NCBI GenBank assembly: GCA_037131245.1
Contig: JBAXRK010000002.1
Coordinates: 28,143-92,142 of the forward strand
Length of the DNA stretch: 64,000 bases
Source of the DNA: Candidatus Omnitrophota bacterium
GTDB lineage: Bacteria; Omnitrophota; Gorgyraeia; Zapsychrales; Fredricksoniimonadaceae
Reading direction: 5' to 3'
Shown here: piece after piece, positions 37,363 to 46,264 of the stretch
Position numbering within the stretch: position 1 is the first letter of the stretch
How the letters are laid out: every line of letters begins with the position of its first letter
The notes under the pieces: model-generated
Databases searched by the model: none
Told to the model about the DNA's origin: nothing
The model's input: the letters and a program-made list of their open reading frames with translations, nothing else
Position numbers and translations under genes: made by a program

Positions 37363-38001
37363 ATGAGAATTGCTGATTTTGTCAATAAGTACCAACATGT
37401 GCCGATCCTAACGACCGATCTCTTGTTGACTGGAGTGGCTGATCCGGCTTCTTTGCGTGTTCAACTGGCGCGCTGGGTAAAGGCCGGGCATTTGCTTTCT
37501 TTACGAAGCGGCGTTTATGTTCTGGCTCCGTATTTTCAGAAGGTTGTGCCGACCGTTTATTTTCTGGCGCAAGCGTTGAAAGAGCCCTCATATGTGAGCC
37601 TGGAGAAAGCCCTGGAATTTCACGGGCTTATTCCGGAGGCGGTTTTTACGGTTACGTCGGTGACAACCCGTCGACCGGGGTCGCTGGTAACGCCGCTGGG
37701 ACGGTTCGATTTTCAGCATATCCGGGCCGGATTGTTCTGGGGTTATTTTGCGGTCACCATCGGCGCTCAAACCGGGTTCATGGCTTATCCGGAGAAAGCC
37801 CTGCTTGATCTTTTTTATCTGAGGGCACCGGGGGTGACGCGCGATTATCTGGAAGGTTTGCGTTTGCAGAACATGGAAAAAATTGATACCGGGCGGCTTC
37901 TTGAGTACGCCCAAAAGTTTGGCAAGCCGGGGATGCTGCGCGCGGCCGGGATGGTCGCCGCTTACAAGAAGGAAATGCTGGCGCAGGAGAAGTCTGTATG
38001 A
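37363..38001 (+). CDS. abiEi: type IV toxin-antitoxin system AbiEi-family antitoxin / transcriptional regulator
   Basis: 212 aa. N-terminal AbiEi_4-like pattern (LLSLRSGVYVLAPYF). AT-rich promoter-like island at 37324-37362. 4-nt overlap with the downstream AbiEii gene. Confidence 0.6.
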   Translation: MRIADFVNKYQHVPILTTDLLLTGVADPASLRVQLARWVKAGHLLSLRSGVYVLAPYFQKVVPTVYFLAQALKEPSYVSLEKALEFHGLIPEAVFTVTSVTTRRPGSLVTPLGRFDFQHIRAGLFWGYFAVTIGAQTGFMAYPEKALLDLFYLRAPGVTRDYLEGLRLQNMEKIDTGRLLEYAQKFGKPGMLRAAGMVAAYKKEMLAQEKSV

Positions 38002-38801
38002 AGGATCATTGTTTGGAGCTGACGGCCAGGCAGTCAACGCCGGCATCAAAATATAATATCCTTAGGGAATATGCCCAGGCTTATGTGCTTAAGCTGCTTC
38101 AGGATGCCGGGCAATTTCGCCATTATGCTTTTGTCGGCGGGACAGCGTTGCGGTTCCTTTATGATCTGCCGCGGTTTTCCGAGGATCTTGATTTCTCCGT
38201 GGTCACGCCCTCGCCGCTGGCGTTCGGCGATTTGATGGCCAGGATCAAGCGGGACCTGTTGCTGGCGGGGTATCAGGCGGATGTTGTCTATAACGATACC
38301 AGGACGGTATGGTCGGCTTTTATTAAATTCGAGGGTTTGCTGTTCGAGGCCAGGCTTTCGCCCATGAAGAGCGCCAAGTTCTCCATCAAGGTTGATATTG
38401 ATACCAAACCTCCCGCGGGCGCCGTGGTGGTGACGACGCTGGTGAACAAGTTTTTCCCGGTCGCGTTCTTGACCTACGACCTTCCGTCGCTGTTTGCGGG
38501 TAAGACGCACGCGATCTTGTGCCGCACGTATATCAAGGGCAGGGACTTTTATGATGTCGCCTGGTATTTGTCGAGGAAGAAGGGGTTGCAGCCGAATATG
38601 AACCTGCTTGCGGCGGCATTGGCACAGACGGGTTGGGCGGGAGAGCCGGTAACCGAGGCGTCCTGGCGAAAGGTGTTGGGTCAGCGGGTAGCGCAGGCCG
38701 ACTGGAAGGTTGTGGAGCGGGATGTGGTTAATTTTCTTGAACGGCCGGATGACCTTCAGGTGTTGACTCGGGAGAATTTGCTGGCTTTGATCGGGGTGTG
38801 A
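37998..38801 (+). CDS. abiEii: nucleotidyltransferase AbiEii-family toxin (DUF1814)
   Basis: 267 aa. YAFVGGTALRFLYDLPRFSEDLDFSV is the hallmark AbiEii/NTase motif. Confidence 0.7.
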   Translation: MKDHCLELTARQSTPASKYNILREYAQAYVLKLLQDAGQFRHYAFVGGTALRFLYDLPRFSEDLDFSVVTPSPLAFGDLMARIKRDLLLAGYQADVVYNDTRTVWSAFIKFEGLLFEARLSPMKSAKFSIKVDIDTKPPAGAVVVTTLVNKFFPVAFLTYDLPSLFAGKTHAILCRTYIKGRDFYDVAWYLSRKKGLQPNMNLLAAALAQTGWAGEPVTEASWRKVLGQRVAQADWKVVERDVVNFLERPDDLQVLTRENLLALIGV

Positions 38802-38902
38802 TTTATTTGTCCCGTTTTTCAAATTTTTGCCAAGTGTGTCGGCATTTATCATGTTTCGGATATTGGCGCTCTGGCTTATTTTAAATGTGCCCCGGGCCTT
38901 TT

Positions 38903-38952
38903 ATATGGCTGACTTTGTGTTAGTTGACGCATAAAATATGGCTTACTTTGTG
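38903..38952 (+). promoter_or_regulatory. tandem 17-nt direct repeats in the 5' region of the polysaccharide-export operon (candidate regulator binding site)
   Basis: ATATGGCTGACTTTGTG at 38903-38919 and ATATGGCTTACTTTGTG at 38936-38952, 16/17 identical, spaced 33 nt start-to-start. They lie in a 300-nt AT-rich intergenic region upstream of the ATG at 39110. Confidence 0.35.
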
Positions 38953-39109
38953 AATATTGTGATGCGCTACGCGAGAATTAAGTGTGTGTTATCGTAATTC
39001 AAGATTATTTGCATGGGGTACATTGACTTTCGGCATTTCATAGGACATACTTTTGCCTGAATTCCCTATATATTGAATTTTTGTCAGCCCAAATAGAGGA
39101 GATGGTTGT

Positions 39110-40561
39110 ATGAAACATAAACTTCTTTGCATCGCGTTGATCCTATTGCTGGCATGCGGCCATGCGACGTTGGCGCTGGCCCAGGGGGCACCCGCGGCTG
39201 GCGCGGCGGTTACCTCGGCGATCGCCGGGTTGACGGCTTCTGCTGCAGGGGTGCCAGCGGTAACAGCCACGGCTTCTGCGACGGAGAAGTTTTCCACGGA
39301 TTACCGCATTGACCCCGAGAATGTGCTTATTGTTGAGGTGTATTACGGCAAAGACGAGAAGTTCTCCCGGCAGGTGCGCGTGTCATCGACCGGCGATATC
39401 AACCTGCCTTATGTCGGGGACGTAGCGGCGGCGGGATTAACGGTAGGCGACCTTCAGAAAAAGATCAACAAGCTCTTCGATAAGGGGGAATCCATTCCGC
39501 CCCAATCGAACGTGCTGGTCCAGGAGTACAGTACGGTCAGCATCCTGGGCGAGGTGAAAATGCCCGGGGCCTACCCGATCAAAAGCACGCTCACCGTCCT
39601 TGAGCTTATTTCGCTGGCGCAGGGTTTAAACGAATCGGCTTCCGCCAATGAAGTGAAGGTCATCCATACCAATCTTGACGGCACAAAAACAACGAACGCG
39701 GTGCGCGTTTACGATATCATGAACAAGGGCGCCGCGCTGGGCGATAATATTTTCCTGCATTCACGCGATGTGGTGATCGTCCCCAAGAGCATCGTGACGA
39801 TCGTCGGCGAGGTCAAAGCCCCGGGCTCATTTCCTATCCGCGGCTATTTGAGCCTGGTCGAGTTGGTGGCGCTCGCTGGCGGTTTTAATGATGTTGCCTC
39901 TCCCAATGAAGTAAAGATCATCCATACGAATGCTGACGGCACCAAAACCCAAAGGGTCGCGGCGCTTTACGACATCATGAACCGGCAGGCGATCGATAAC
40001 GACAATCTCCTGCTTTCGTCAGGGGATGTGGTGATCGTCCCTAAAAGCATGGTGACGATCATGGGCGAAGTCAAATTCCCGGGGACCTTTCCGATCCGCA
40101 GTTATCTGACGGCCAGTGAGCTCATCGCGCTCGCCGGGGGTTTTAATGATGTGGCTTCTCCCAGTGAAGTTAAGATCATTCATACGCATGCCGATGGCAC
40201 CAAGACTCAACGCCTGGCCCCGCTTTACGCCACCATGAGCAAGGATGGGACTGATAGCGACAATCTGCTGCTTTCGGCCGGAGACATGGTGATCGTTGCC
40301 AAAAGCACGGTGACCATTATCGGCGAAGTTACCAAGCCGGGTGTGTATCCGACCCGCGGGCACTTGACACTCATTGACCTGGTGGCGATGGCTGAAGGCT
40401 TTACCAAGTTTGCCGCGCCCAATGAAGTCAAAGTGATTCATAACGATACGACCGGGCGCAAGAGTGAGCGTACCGTTCCGGTTTATGATATGATGAAAAA
40501 AGGTGCCATCGATGATGACAGTTTGCTGCTTGCTAACGGAGATGTGATCTTCGTTCGTTAA
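39110..40561 (+). CDS. polysaccharide export lipoprotein with four tandem SLBB (soluble-ligand-binding beta-grasp) repeats
   Basis: 483 aa. Signal peptide with an LLAC lipobox. Four ~86-aa repeats (NEVKxIHTxxDGTKT...GDxVIVPKSxVTIxGEVKxPGxxP). AGAGGAG RBS. Confidence 0.65.
   Translation: MKHKLLCIALILLLACGHATLALAQGAPAAGAAVTSAIAGLTASAAGVPAVTATASATEKFSTDYRIDPENVLIVEVYYGKDEKFSRQVRVSSTGDINLPYVGDVAAAGLTVGDLQKKINKLFDKGESIPPQSNVLVQEYSTVSILGEVKMPGAYPIKSTLTVLELISLAQGLNESASANEVKVIHTNLDGTKTTNAVRVYDIMNKGAALGDNIFLHSRDVVIVPKSIVTIVGEVKAPGSFPIRGYLSLVELVALAGGFNDVASPNEVKIIHTNADGTKTQRVAALYDIMNRQAIDNDNLLLSSGDVVIVPKSMVTIMGEVKFPGTFPIRSYLTASELIALAGGFNDVASPSEVKIIHTHADGTKTQRLAPLYATMSKDGTDSDNLLLSAGDMVIVAKSTVTIIGEVTKPGVYPTRGHLTLIDLVAMAEGFTKFAAPNEVKVIHNDTTGRKSERTVPVYDMMKKGAIDDDSLLLANGDVIFVR
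39560..40555. repeat. 4 x 258-nt coding tandem repeat (SLBB modules)
   Basis: Repeat landmarks NEVK(V/I)IH at ~39646, ~39904, ~40162 and ~40420, i.e. an exact 258-nt period. Confidence 0.6.
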
Positions 40562-40578
40562 TAGTGTTGAAAGGTTTT

Positions 40579-41628
40579 ATGAAGGTATTGATCCTGGGGG
40601 ATACCGACCCATTTATTTATAACATTATCAGGTCGTTGCTTCCTTTTAAGATCGATTGTCATGTGTTTGCCCGCAAAAGAATGTGGGCTGTCTCCTTGTC
40701 GAAACATTGCCGGGGTTATATCGATGTGTCCGGTTTGTCCGACGAGGCGGTGCTCGACCGGATCAACAGCTACTGCGTCAGCCAGGGCATCAGCGTGGTC
40801 ATCCCGGGAGATTTTCGGGGCAGCCGTATCCTGGTGGCGCGACGCGATCGGCTGGCCGCCGGAGTTTCATTGTTCCCCTCCGCCGACATGGCGACCCTGG
40901 AAACATTGCACAACAAACAGTCCTTTGCCCGTCTGCTTAAGACATTGGGTATTCCCCAGCCTAAAATGGTTATTGTTGACAGTTTTTCCCAACTTGAAGC
41001 TTTGGATACCAGATTTCCATGCATTGCGAAACAGGTGCACGGCGAAGGCGGGTCTTTTGAGCGGTACTTGAAGAATGACCGGGAGGCTTTATTGGCTAGC
41101 GGCCGGTCAGCTGCCGATTTTCCTTTGATGGTACAGGAATTTATTCCGGGAACGGACCTGTGCCTGAATATTTTTGCGCGGCAGGGGAAAGTGTTGGCCT
41201 GCACGATGCAGGAATATGTAACGCCCGAGAAAATGAGATTCTTTTCGTCCGGGGCCCTGCTGGAGCTGGGGCAAAAAATTGTGGCGGCAGTAAATTTCGA
41301 GGGGGTCCTGAATTTTGATATCCGGCGTGACAGCCGGGATGGCAGTTTCAAGTTTATCGAGTGCAATCCGCGGTTTTGGGGGTCGATGTATGCCACCACC
41401 TGCCGGGGCATGAATTTCCCCGCGCTTGGCCTTGGGCTGCTTGCAACGCCGGAACCGCTGCAACATGACAGTGGTGATAATGAATACCTGGTGACGCGCC
41501 CGGCGGCGCGCAAATTACTTAAGGGGGCTTTGGCGTGGCGGGATATCCCGCGGCTTACTCGTGATGACCTTAAGGGCCAGTTCGCGGATCCTCTTTCATT
41601 TCTTTACACGGTCTTCTTATGGAGTTGA
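40579..41628 (+). CDS. ATP-grasp domain enzyme
   Basis: Start moved to ATG 40579 (MKVLILGDTDP). Pre-ATP-grasp and ATP-grasp regions with the C-terminal FIECNPRFWGS motif. Confidence 0.6.
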   Translation: MKVLILGDTDPFIYNIIRSLLPFKIDCHVFARKRMWAVSLSKHCRGYIDVSGLSDEAVLDRINSYCVSQGISVVIPGDFRGSRILVARRDRLAAGVSLFPSADMATLETLHNKQSFARLLKTLGIPQPKMVIVDSFSQLEALDTRFPCIAKQVHGEGGSFERYLKNDREALLASGRSAADFPLMVQEFIPGTDLCLNIFARQGKVLACTMQEYVTPEKMRFFSSGALLELGQKIVAAVNFEGVLNFDIRRDSRDGSFKFIECNPRFWGSMYATTCRGMNFPALGLGLLATPEPLQHDSGDNEYLVTRPAARKLLKGALAWRDIPRLTRDDLKGQFADPLSFLYTVFLWS

Positions 41629-41633
41629 AATAA

Positions 41634-42782
41634 ATGCCTGCAGCACCCGGTATCGATGGCCTCCGTATAGAGGTCGTTGGCAGTATTGATGACTTCCTTG
41701 CCCTGAAACCACAGTGGGACTCTTTGGCCGCTTCGATGGAGCGCGCGGTGGTTTTTTTTACGCATGACTGGATCAGGATATGGATCGAGTCCTTCGCCGC
41801 GGACAAGCCTTTGTATATTATTTTGGTCCACGATGGCCCGCAGCTGATCGGGATCCTGCCGCTTTATAAAGAAATATACTTTACCCTCAAGATCTTTCGT
41901 CAGGTCTGCTTGCATTCACTGACTAATAGTTGTTCGGCAGTTTCCGGGGTTATCGCCCGGCAGGCGGATATGGCCCGGGTGCTGGAGGCGGTGGTCTCTT
42001 TCCTGGGCCGGGAACAGCGTCATTTTTCGAGAGTGATCCTTGAGTTCGTTCCGTCGGACCTTGGGGTCGTGGAGCCTCTGCAGCAGGCCTGCGCGAAGGG
42101 CTGGGCGCAGATCTCGGTCAAACCATGGAACGGTTCATATTATCTGGATATCGACGGTGATTTTGAGGCGTACTCTAAAGGCTTGGGGAAAAGTTCCCGC
42201 AAGAATTTGAGGCAAAAGACAAACTGGATGGAGAAAGAAGGCGGTGTCAGGCGGGAAGTTTGTCAGGACTATGACCCGGAGGTCTTTCAACGGTTCCTGG
42301 ACCTGGAGGATACCGGTTGGAAGAAAGAGCTCGGGCGTCCGATCAAATGCTGTCCCAAGAGTTCTGAATTTTACCGTTGCGTGGCCAGGACGTTCGGCCC
42401 CAAAGGCCAGTTTTTGATGTTAAGCCTTTTTGTGAATAATAAGCCGGCGGCCATGTATTGTGTCGTGACCCATAACGGCACTGGCCATGCTTTAAAGAAT
42501 GCCGTGAATTACGATGAGCAGGGTTTTGTGAGGTTTTCGCCGGGACAGATGATCAGCCAGGATATGATCCGCGCTTTTTTTGAGCGGGGGTTGAAGCGGC
42601 TGGATTTTTACGGTTGTTGTTATCCGTATCAATCCCATTGGGCCGACAAGGTCAACCGGAAGCACGAGATCACGATCCTTAAGCGCAGCGACTTTTTGTC
42701 ACGCTTGTGTTTTTGGGCCAAGGACCGGCTGAAAAAGCATTCTTCGTCCTGTGGCAGCGAGGACGGATTAAAAAAGATCTGA
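41634..42782 (+). CDS. FemAB-like / CelD-like GNAT acyltransferase (Acetyltransf_6)
   Basis: 382 aa. Architecture and C-terminal region resemble the FemAB-related proteins found in PEP-CTERM/exosortase-type EPS loci. Assignment by resemblance. Confidence 0.5.
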   Translation: MPAAPGIDGLRIEVVGSIDDFLALKPQWDSLAASMERAVVFFTHDWIRIWIESFAADKPLYIILVHDGPQLIGILPLYKEIYFTLKIFRQVCLHSLTNSCSAVSGVIARQADMARVLEAVVSFLGREQRHFSRVILEFVPSDLGVVEPLQQACAKGWAQISVKPWNGSYYLDIDGDFEAYSKGLGKSSRKNLRQKTNWMEKEGGVRREVCQDYDPEVFQRFLDLEDTGWKKELGRPIKCCPKSSEFYRCVARTFGPKGQFLMLSLFVNNKPAAMYCVVTHNGTGHALKNAVNYDEQGFVRFSPGQMISQDMIRAFFERGLKRLDFYGCCYPYQSHWADKVNRKHEITILKRSDFLSRLCFWAKDRLKKHSSSCGSEDGLKKI

Positions 42783-42792
42783 GATAAGCCAC

Positions 42793-44037
42793 ATGAGTTT
42801 ACCGGCTGATACAAAAGTAGACCTGGGTTTTTCCCCCTGTTCGCCTCTTTTTCTTCCCTGGTTTCATTTCCCGGATGACGGATCCCCGGTTCATCGCCTG
42901 CATAAACTGGCTTTTGCCTGTCAATGGCAGCGTCGGCAGAAGCTCAAACTGGTCATTAAAGCTGTTTTATGGCCCGTTCAGGCGGCCCTTGAGGCGGCCC
43001 GCAATGTGAAGGAACACGGCGAGCTGATCCGGCAGGCTCATGGCCTCAGCCCGCTGGCGCAATGGTGTCGGATGGTTTACCTGGCGAATGTCTACAATAT
43101 TTCACCGAACTCATTTTACGATTACCGACTTTTTGAAGATCAGAATTTTAAGAAAGCCAGCCTTTTTATTCAGACATGGGAGATGGACGCGTTATATCCG
43201 CAGCTGTTCAAAGGGGTCGACAACGGGATCATCGACGAGAAAACGGTTTTCCTGCGGCAATGCGCGCAGCGCGGCCTTCCCGCGCCGTCGATTACGGCGG
43301 TATTTTCCGGCAGCGGCCAGGTTGACTGGCTGGAAGGCCGGCCCGACGACCTGCCTCTCTGCGACCTGTTCATCAAGTTCACCAGCGAGTCGTGCGGCAC
43401 GGGAGCGGAGGCATGGGTTTACGATAGCGCGGCCCGTGTTTGGCGCCGCGACCTTCAGGCCTGGGATCAGGCAGAGTTCATCAACTATTGCTGTGAACGA
43501 AGCGTTAAGGATCAAAGGCCGGTTCTGCTTCAACGGCGTTTGGTTAACAGCCCTGAGATCGTCGCATTTAGCACCGGCGCTTTGTGCACGTTTCGCGTGA
43601 TCACGTATTTGACGCCCGATGGCAAGGCCGCGTTATTTGCGGCCGGATTGAAGATGCCGATCGGCAAGACGGATGTTGATAATGTGTCTTATCTGGGCGG
43701 GATCGCTGCCGGGGTTGATCTGGAAGAGGGCGTTTTAAGGACGGCCAGAGGCACAAAGTATGGCGCAACATTGATGGAGGTTCATCCCGATACCAAGGCC
43801 CGGATCGCCGGCCACCGGTTGGCCTGCTGGCAGGAGATCGTGAGCATTAGCAAGAAAGCACAGGAAAGTTTTTCGGGGTTTTGGTCGGTCGGGTGGGATA
43901 TTGCGATGACCAAAGACGGTCCGGTCATTATTGAAGGCAACACGTATTATGGGTATGATCTGCTTCAATTGATGGTACAGCAGCCTTTAGGCGAAACGGT
44001 TTTCCCATCGCTCTGTCTTAAGGCAATGGGGAAATAG
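42793..44037 (+). CDS. sugar-transfer-associated ATP-grasp-like protein, paralog 1
   Basis: 414 aa. Clear paralog of the 45035-46264 product (shared N-terminal HRLH and C-terminal FSGFWSVGWDIAMTKDGPVIIEGNTYYGYDL vs FPEIWSVGWDIAMTDQGLVMIEGNTDYGLLL). C-terminal E.N..(Y/P)G resembles the ATP-grasp Mg-binding loop. Confidence 0.5.
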   Translation: MSLPADTKVDLGFSPCSPLFLPWFHFPDDGSPVHRLHKLAFACQWQRRQKLKLVIKAVLWPVQAALEAARNVKEHGELIRQAHGLSPLAQWCRMVYLANVYNISPNSFYDYRLFEDQNFKKASLFIQTWEMDALYPQLFKGVDNGIIDEKTVFLRQCAQRGLPAPSITAVFSGSGQVDWLEGRPDDLPLCDLFIKFTSESCGTGAEAWVYDSAARVWRRDLQAWDQAEFINYCCERSVKDQRPVLLQRRLVNSPEIVAFSTGALCTFRVITYLTPDGKAALFAAGLKMPIGKTDVDNVSYLGGIAAGVDLEEGVLRTARGTKYGATLMEVHPDTKARIAGHRLACWQEIVSISKKAQESFSGFWSVGWDIAMTKDGPVIIEGNTYYGYDLLQLMVQQPLGETVFPSLCLKAMGK

Positions 44038-44042
44038 CCGCT

Positions 44043-45035
44043 ATGGGTATCAAAAAAGTCAAAGATCAGTCAATAGAAACACTGCGGGGTATCGCGGTCA
44101 TCCTGGTGGTGGCGGGTTTTATTGTGCAGGGCGAGTATGCCTTTGTGGGGAGCGGCACGCGGTTCCAGTCGTGGCTGTATTTCATTTATAACTGCCTTGT
44201 GCCCGTTCGCATGCCGCTTTTTACCGTAATTTCGGCGTATCTTTACGCGCATTCCCCCGCCACACGCGAAACGCTGGGCAAGCTGATCCGCGGCAAGTTC
44301 AGCCGGCTGGGGTATCCGTTCTTTGTTGTGTCAACCATCCAATACGTGATCCTTTCCCTCCTGCATGTTCAGGGAGATAACCCGATAGGCGAGATCTACC
44401 GGATCTACCTGTGGCCGTTCCATCAATTCTGGTTTATCTGGGCGATCTTTTGGATCTTTATGCTTATTGGCTACCTGGATTCGATCAAGGCGCTGGAGAC
44501 CACAAGACAATGGTTCGCCTGGCTGGCGCTGTTCACCGTTTGTAATATCGCGCTTGATCCGCCTACACTTCTGGGTTTAAGCGGGATCAATTACCTTTTG
44601 CCGTTCTTCCTGCTGGGATATGGTATCAGCCGGTTCGCGAAAGAGCTTTTTACGCCCCGGATGATCGTTCTTTATACGGTGATGACGCTTTTGACCTACG
44701 CTGTTTATATTTACTTTCGTAAAATACCCCATAGCGGGCCATTTTACAAAACGCTGGCCCTGGCGTGTTCTTTTTCGGTCGTCCCGCTGGTGGTCCATTT
44801 TCGCCGGAATGTCCCGTGGCTAGCCGCCATTGGGTACTACGCGTTCGGGATCCATATTTTCTGCCGCATCGCTATTGCTTTTTTTCAGGTGTTATTAAAG
44901 CGGCTGAATTATAATAATGAACAATTCAATTTCGTGATCCTGCTGGGCGCGGGGATCGTTTGCGCTATCGGTATTCAGCGTCTTGTTGAGCGGGTGCCGG
45001 TGGCAAGAAAATATATCCTGGGGATGAAAGACTGA
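44043..45035 (+). CDS. acyltransferase family 3 membrane O-acyltransferase
   Basis: 330 aa. About 10 TM helices. N-terminal ETLRGIAVILVVAGF motif typical of the Acyl_transf_3 family. Confidence 0.6.
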   Translation: MGIKKVKDQSIETLRGIAVILVVAGFIVQGEYAFVGSGTRFQSWLYFIYNCLVPVRMPLFTVISAYLYAHSPATRETLGKLIRGKFSRLGYPFFVVSTIQYVILSLLHVQGDNPIGEIYRIYLWPFHQFWFIWAIFWIFMLIGYLDSIKALETTRQWFAWLALFTVCNIALDPPTLLGLSGINYLLPFFLLGYGISRFAKELFTPRMIVLYTVMTLLTYAVYIYFRKIPHSGPFYKTLALACSFSVVPLVVHFRRNVPWLAAIGYYAFGIHIFCRIAIAFFQVLLKRLNYNNEQFNFVILLGAGIVCAIGIQRLVERVPVARKYILGMKD

Positions 45036-46264
45036 TGTTTTCCAATTACTGCTCGCCTGTCCGTTTTCCGTGGCTCCGTATTAAGGATGACGGGACGCCC
45101 GTTAACCGCCTGCATTGCTTGATCTATGATCTGCAGTGGAAGAGGGGCGTTAAGGCCAAACTTCTGCTTAAAGCTGTTTTATGGCCGCTTAAGGCTTTCC
45201 TGATGGCGTTCCACGACGCATTTCTTTACGGGCTAACCGTTGAGCGCGATTTTGGGATTAGTCGTTGGAAGCAATGGTGGCGCATGTTCTATTTGGCGAA
45301 CTTCTATAATCTTTCGCCGTATGTTTTTTATAAGTTCGGTTTTTATAAAGACAGTCATTACGCCAGGGCGGCCGCGTTTATTCAGCATATCGAGATGGAT
45401 GCGATGTATCAGGCATTATTTAGTGGCGTTGATAACGGGATCATTGATGACAAGTTAAGGTTTTACGCGCGTTGCCGGGAACGCGGGATCCCGGTCCTTT
45501 TTGTCGAGGTCGTATTCCAGGATGATGGTCGGATCGAATGGCCTGCTGGCGCGGCGAAAAGTTTCCCTTTGTGTGATCTTTTTTTGAAGTATACCAATTC
45601 TTCGCTGGGTGTTGGGGCGGAGGCCTGGAAATACGATGCTGCCGCCCGAACCTGGCAGCGGGACGGCATTTCACTTGATGAACGCTTGTTCATCGCCTAT
45701 TGCGTGAAGAAATCCCGTGCGGAACGCAAACCGGTCCTGGTTCAGCGCCGGCTGGTGAATTCGCCTGAGATAGTTCAGTTTACAACCGGCGCGCTAAGCA
45801 CCTTCCGGGTGGTCACCTATGTCGGGCCTGATGGAAAGATCGGGATCCTATCCGCCGGACTTAAAATGCCGGTGGGGGCGATGGAGGTTGACAATTCCAG
45901 GGCTGGCGGTATTGTGGCCGGGATCGAGCTTGAAACGGGTGTGCTGATGCCGGCGTCCAGCCGGAGTTTCCCTGGGCAGTTAATGCCGCAACATCCAGAT
46001 ACGGGCGCCACCATCTCTGGTCATCGCTTATCTTGCTGGCAGGAAGTGCGGGTGTTAAGCCTTAAAGCCCAGGCGGCTTTTCCCGAGATATGGTCGGTCG
46101 GCTGGGATATCGCCATGACCGATCAGGGCTTGGTAATGATCGAGGGGAATACCGATTATGGCTTACTGCTGGCCCAGCGTTGCATAACCCAGCCGCTGGG
46201 CGAGACAATTTTCCCGACGCTTTGTTTAAATATCCTGGAGAAGAAGTCATGCGCCCGGTCGTGA
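45035..46264 (+). CDS. sugar-transfer-associated ATP-grasp-like protein, paralog 2
   Basis: 409 aa. Paralogous to the 42793-44037 product along its full length. Confidence 0.5.
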   Translation: MFSNYCSPVRFPWLRIKDDGTPVNRLHCLIYDLQWKRGVKAKLLLKAVLWPLKAFLMAFHDAFLYGLTVERDFGISRWKQWWRMFYLANFYNLSPYVFYKFGFYKDSHYARAAAFIQHIEMDAMYQALFSGVDNGIIDDKLRFYARCRERGIPVLFVEVVFQDDGRIEWPAGAAKSFPLCDLFLKYTNSSLGVGAEAWKYDAAARTWQRDGISLDERLFIAYCVKKSRAERKPVLVQRRLVNSPEIVQFTTGALSTFRVVTYVGPDGKIGILSAGLKMPVGAMEVDNSRAGGIVAGIELETGVLMPASSRSFPGQLMPQHPDTGATISGHRLSCWQEVRVLSLKAQAAFPEIWSVGWDIAMTDQGLVMIEGNTDYGLLLAQRCITQPLGETIFPTLCLNILEKKSCARS

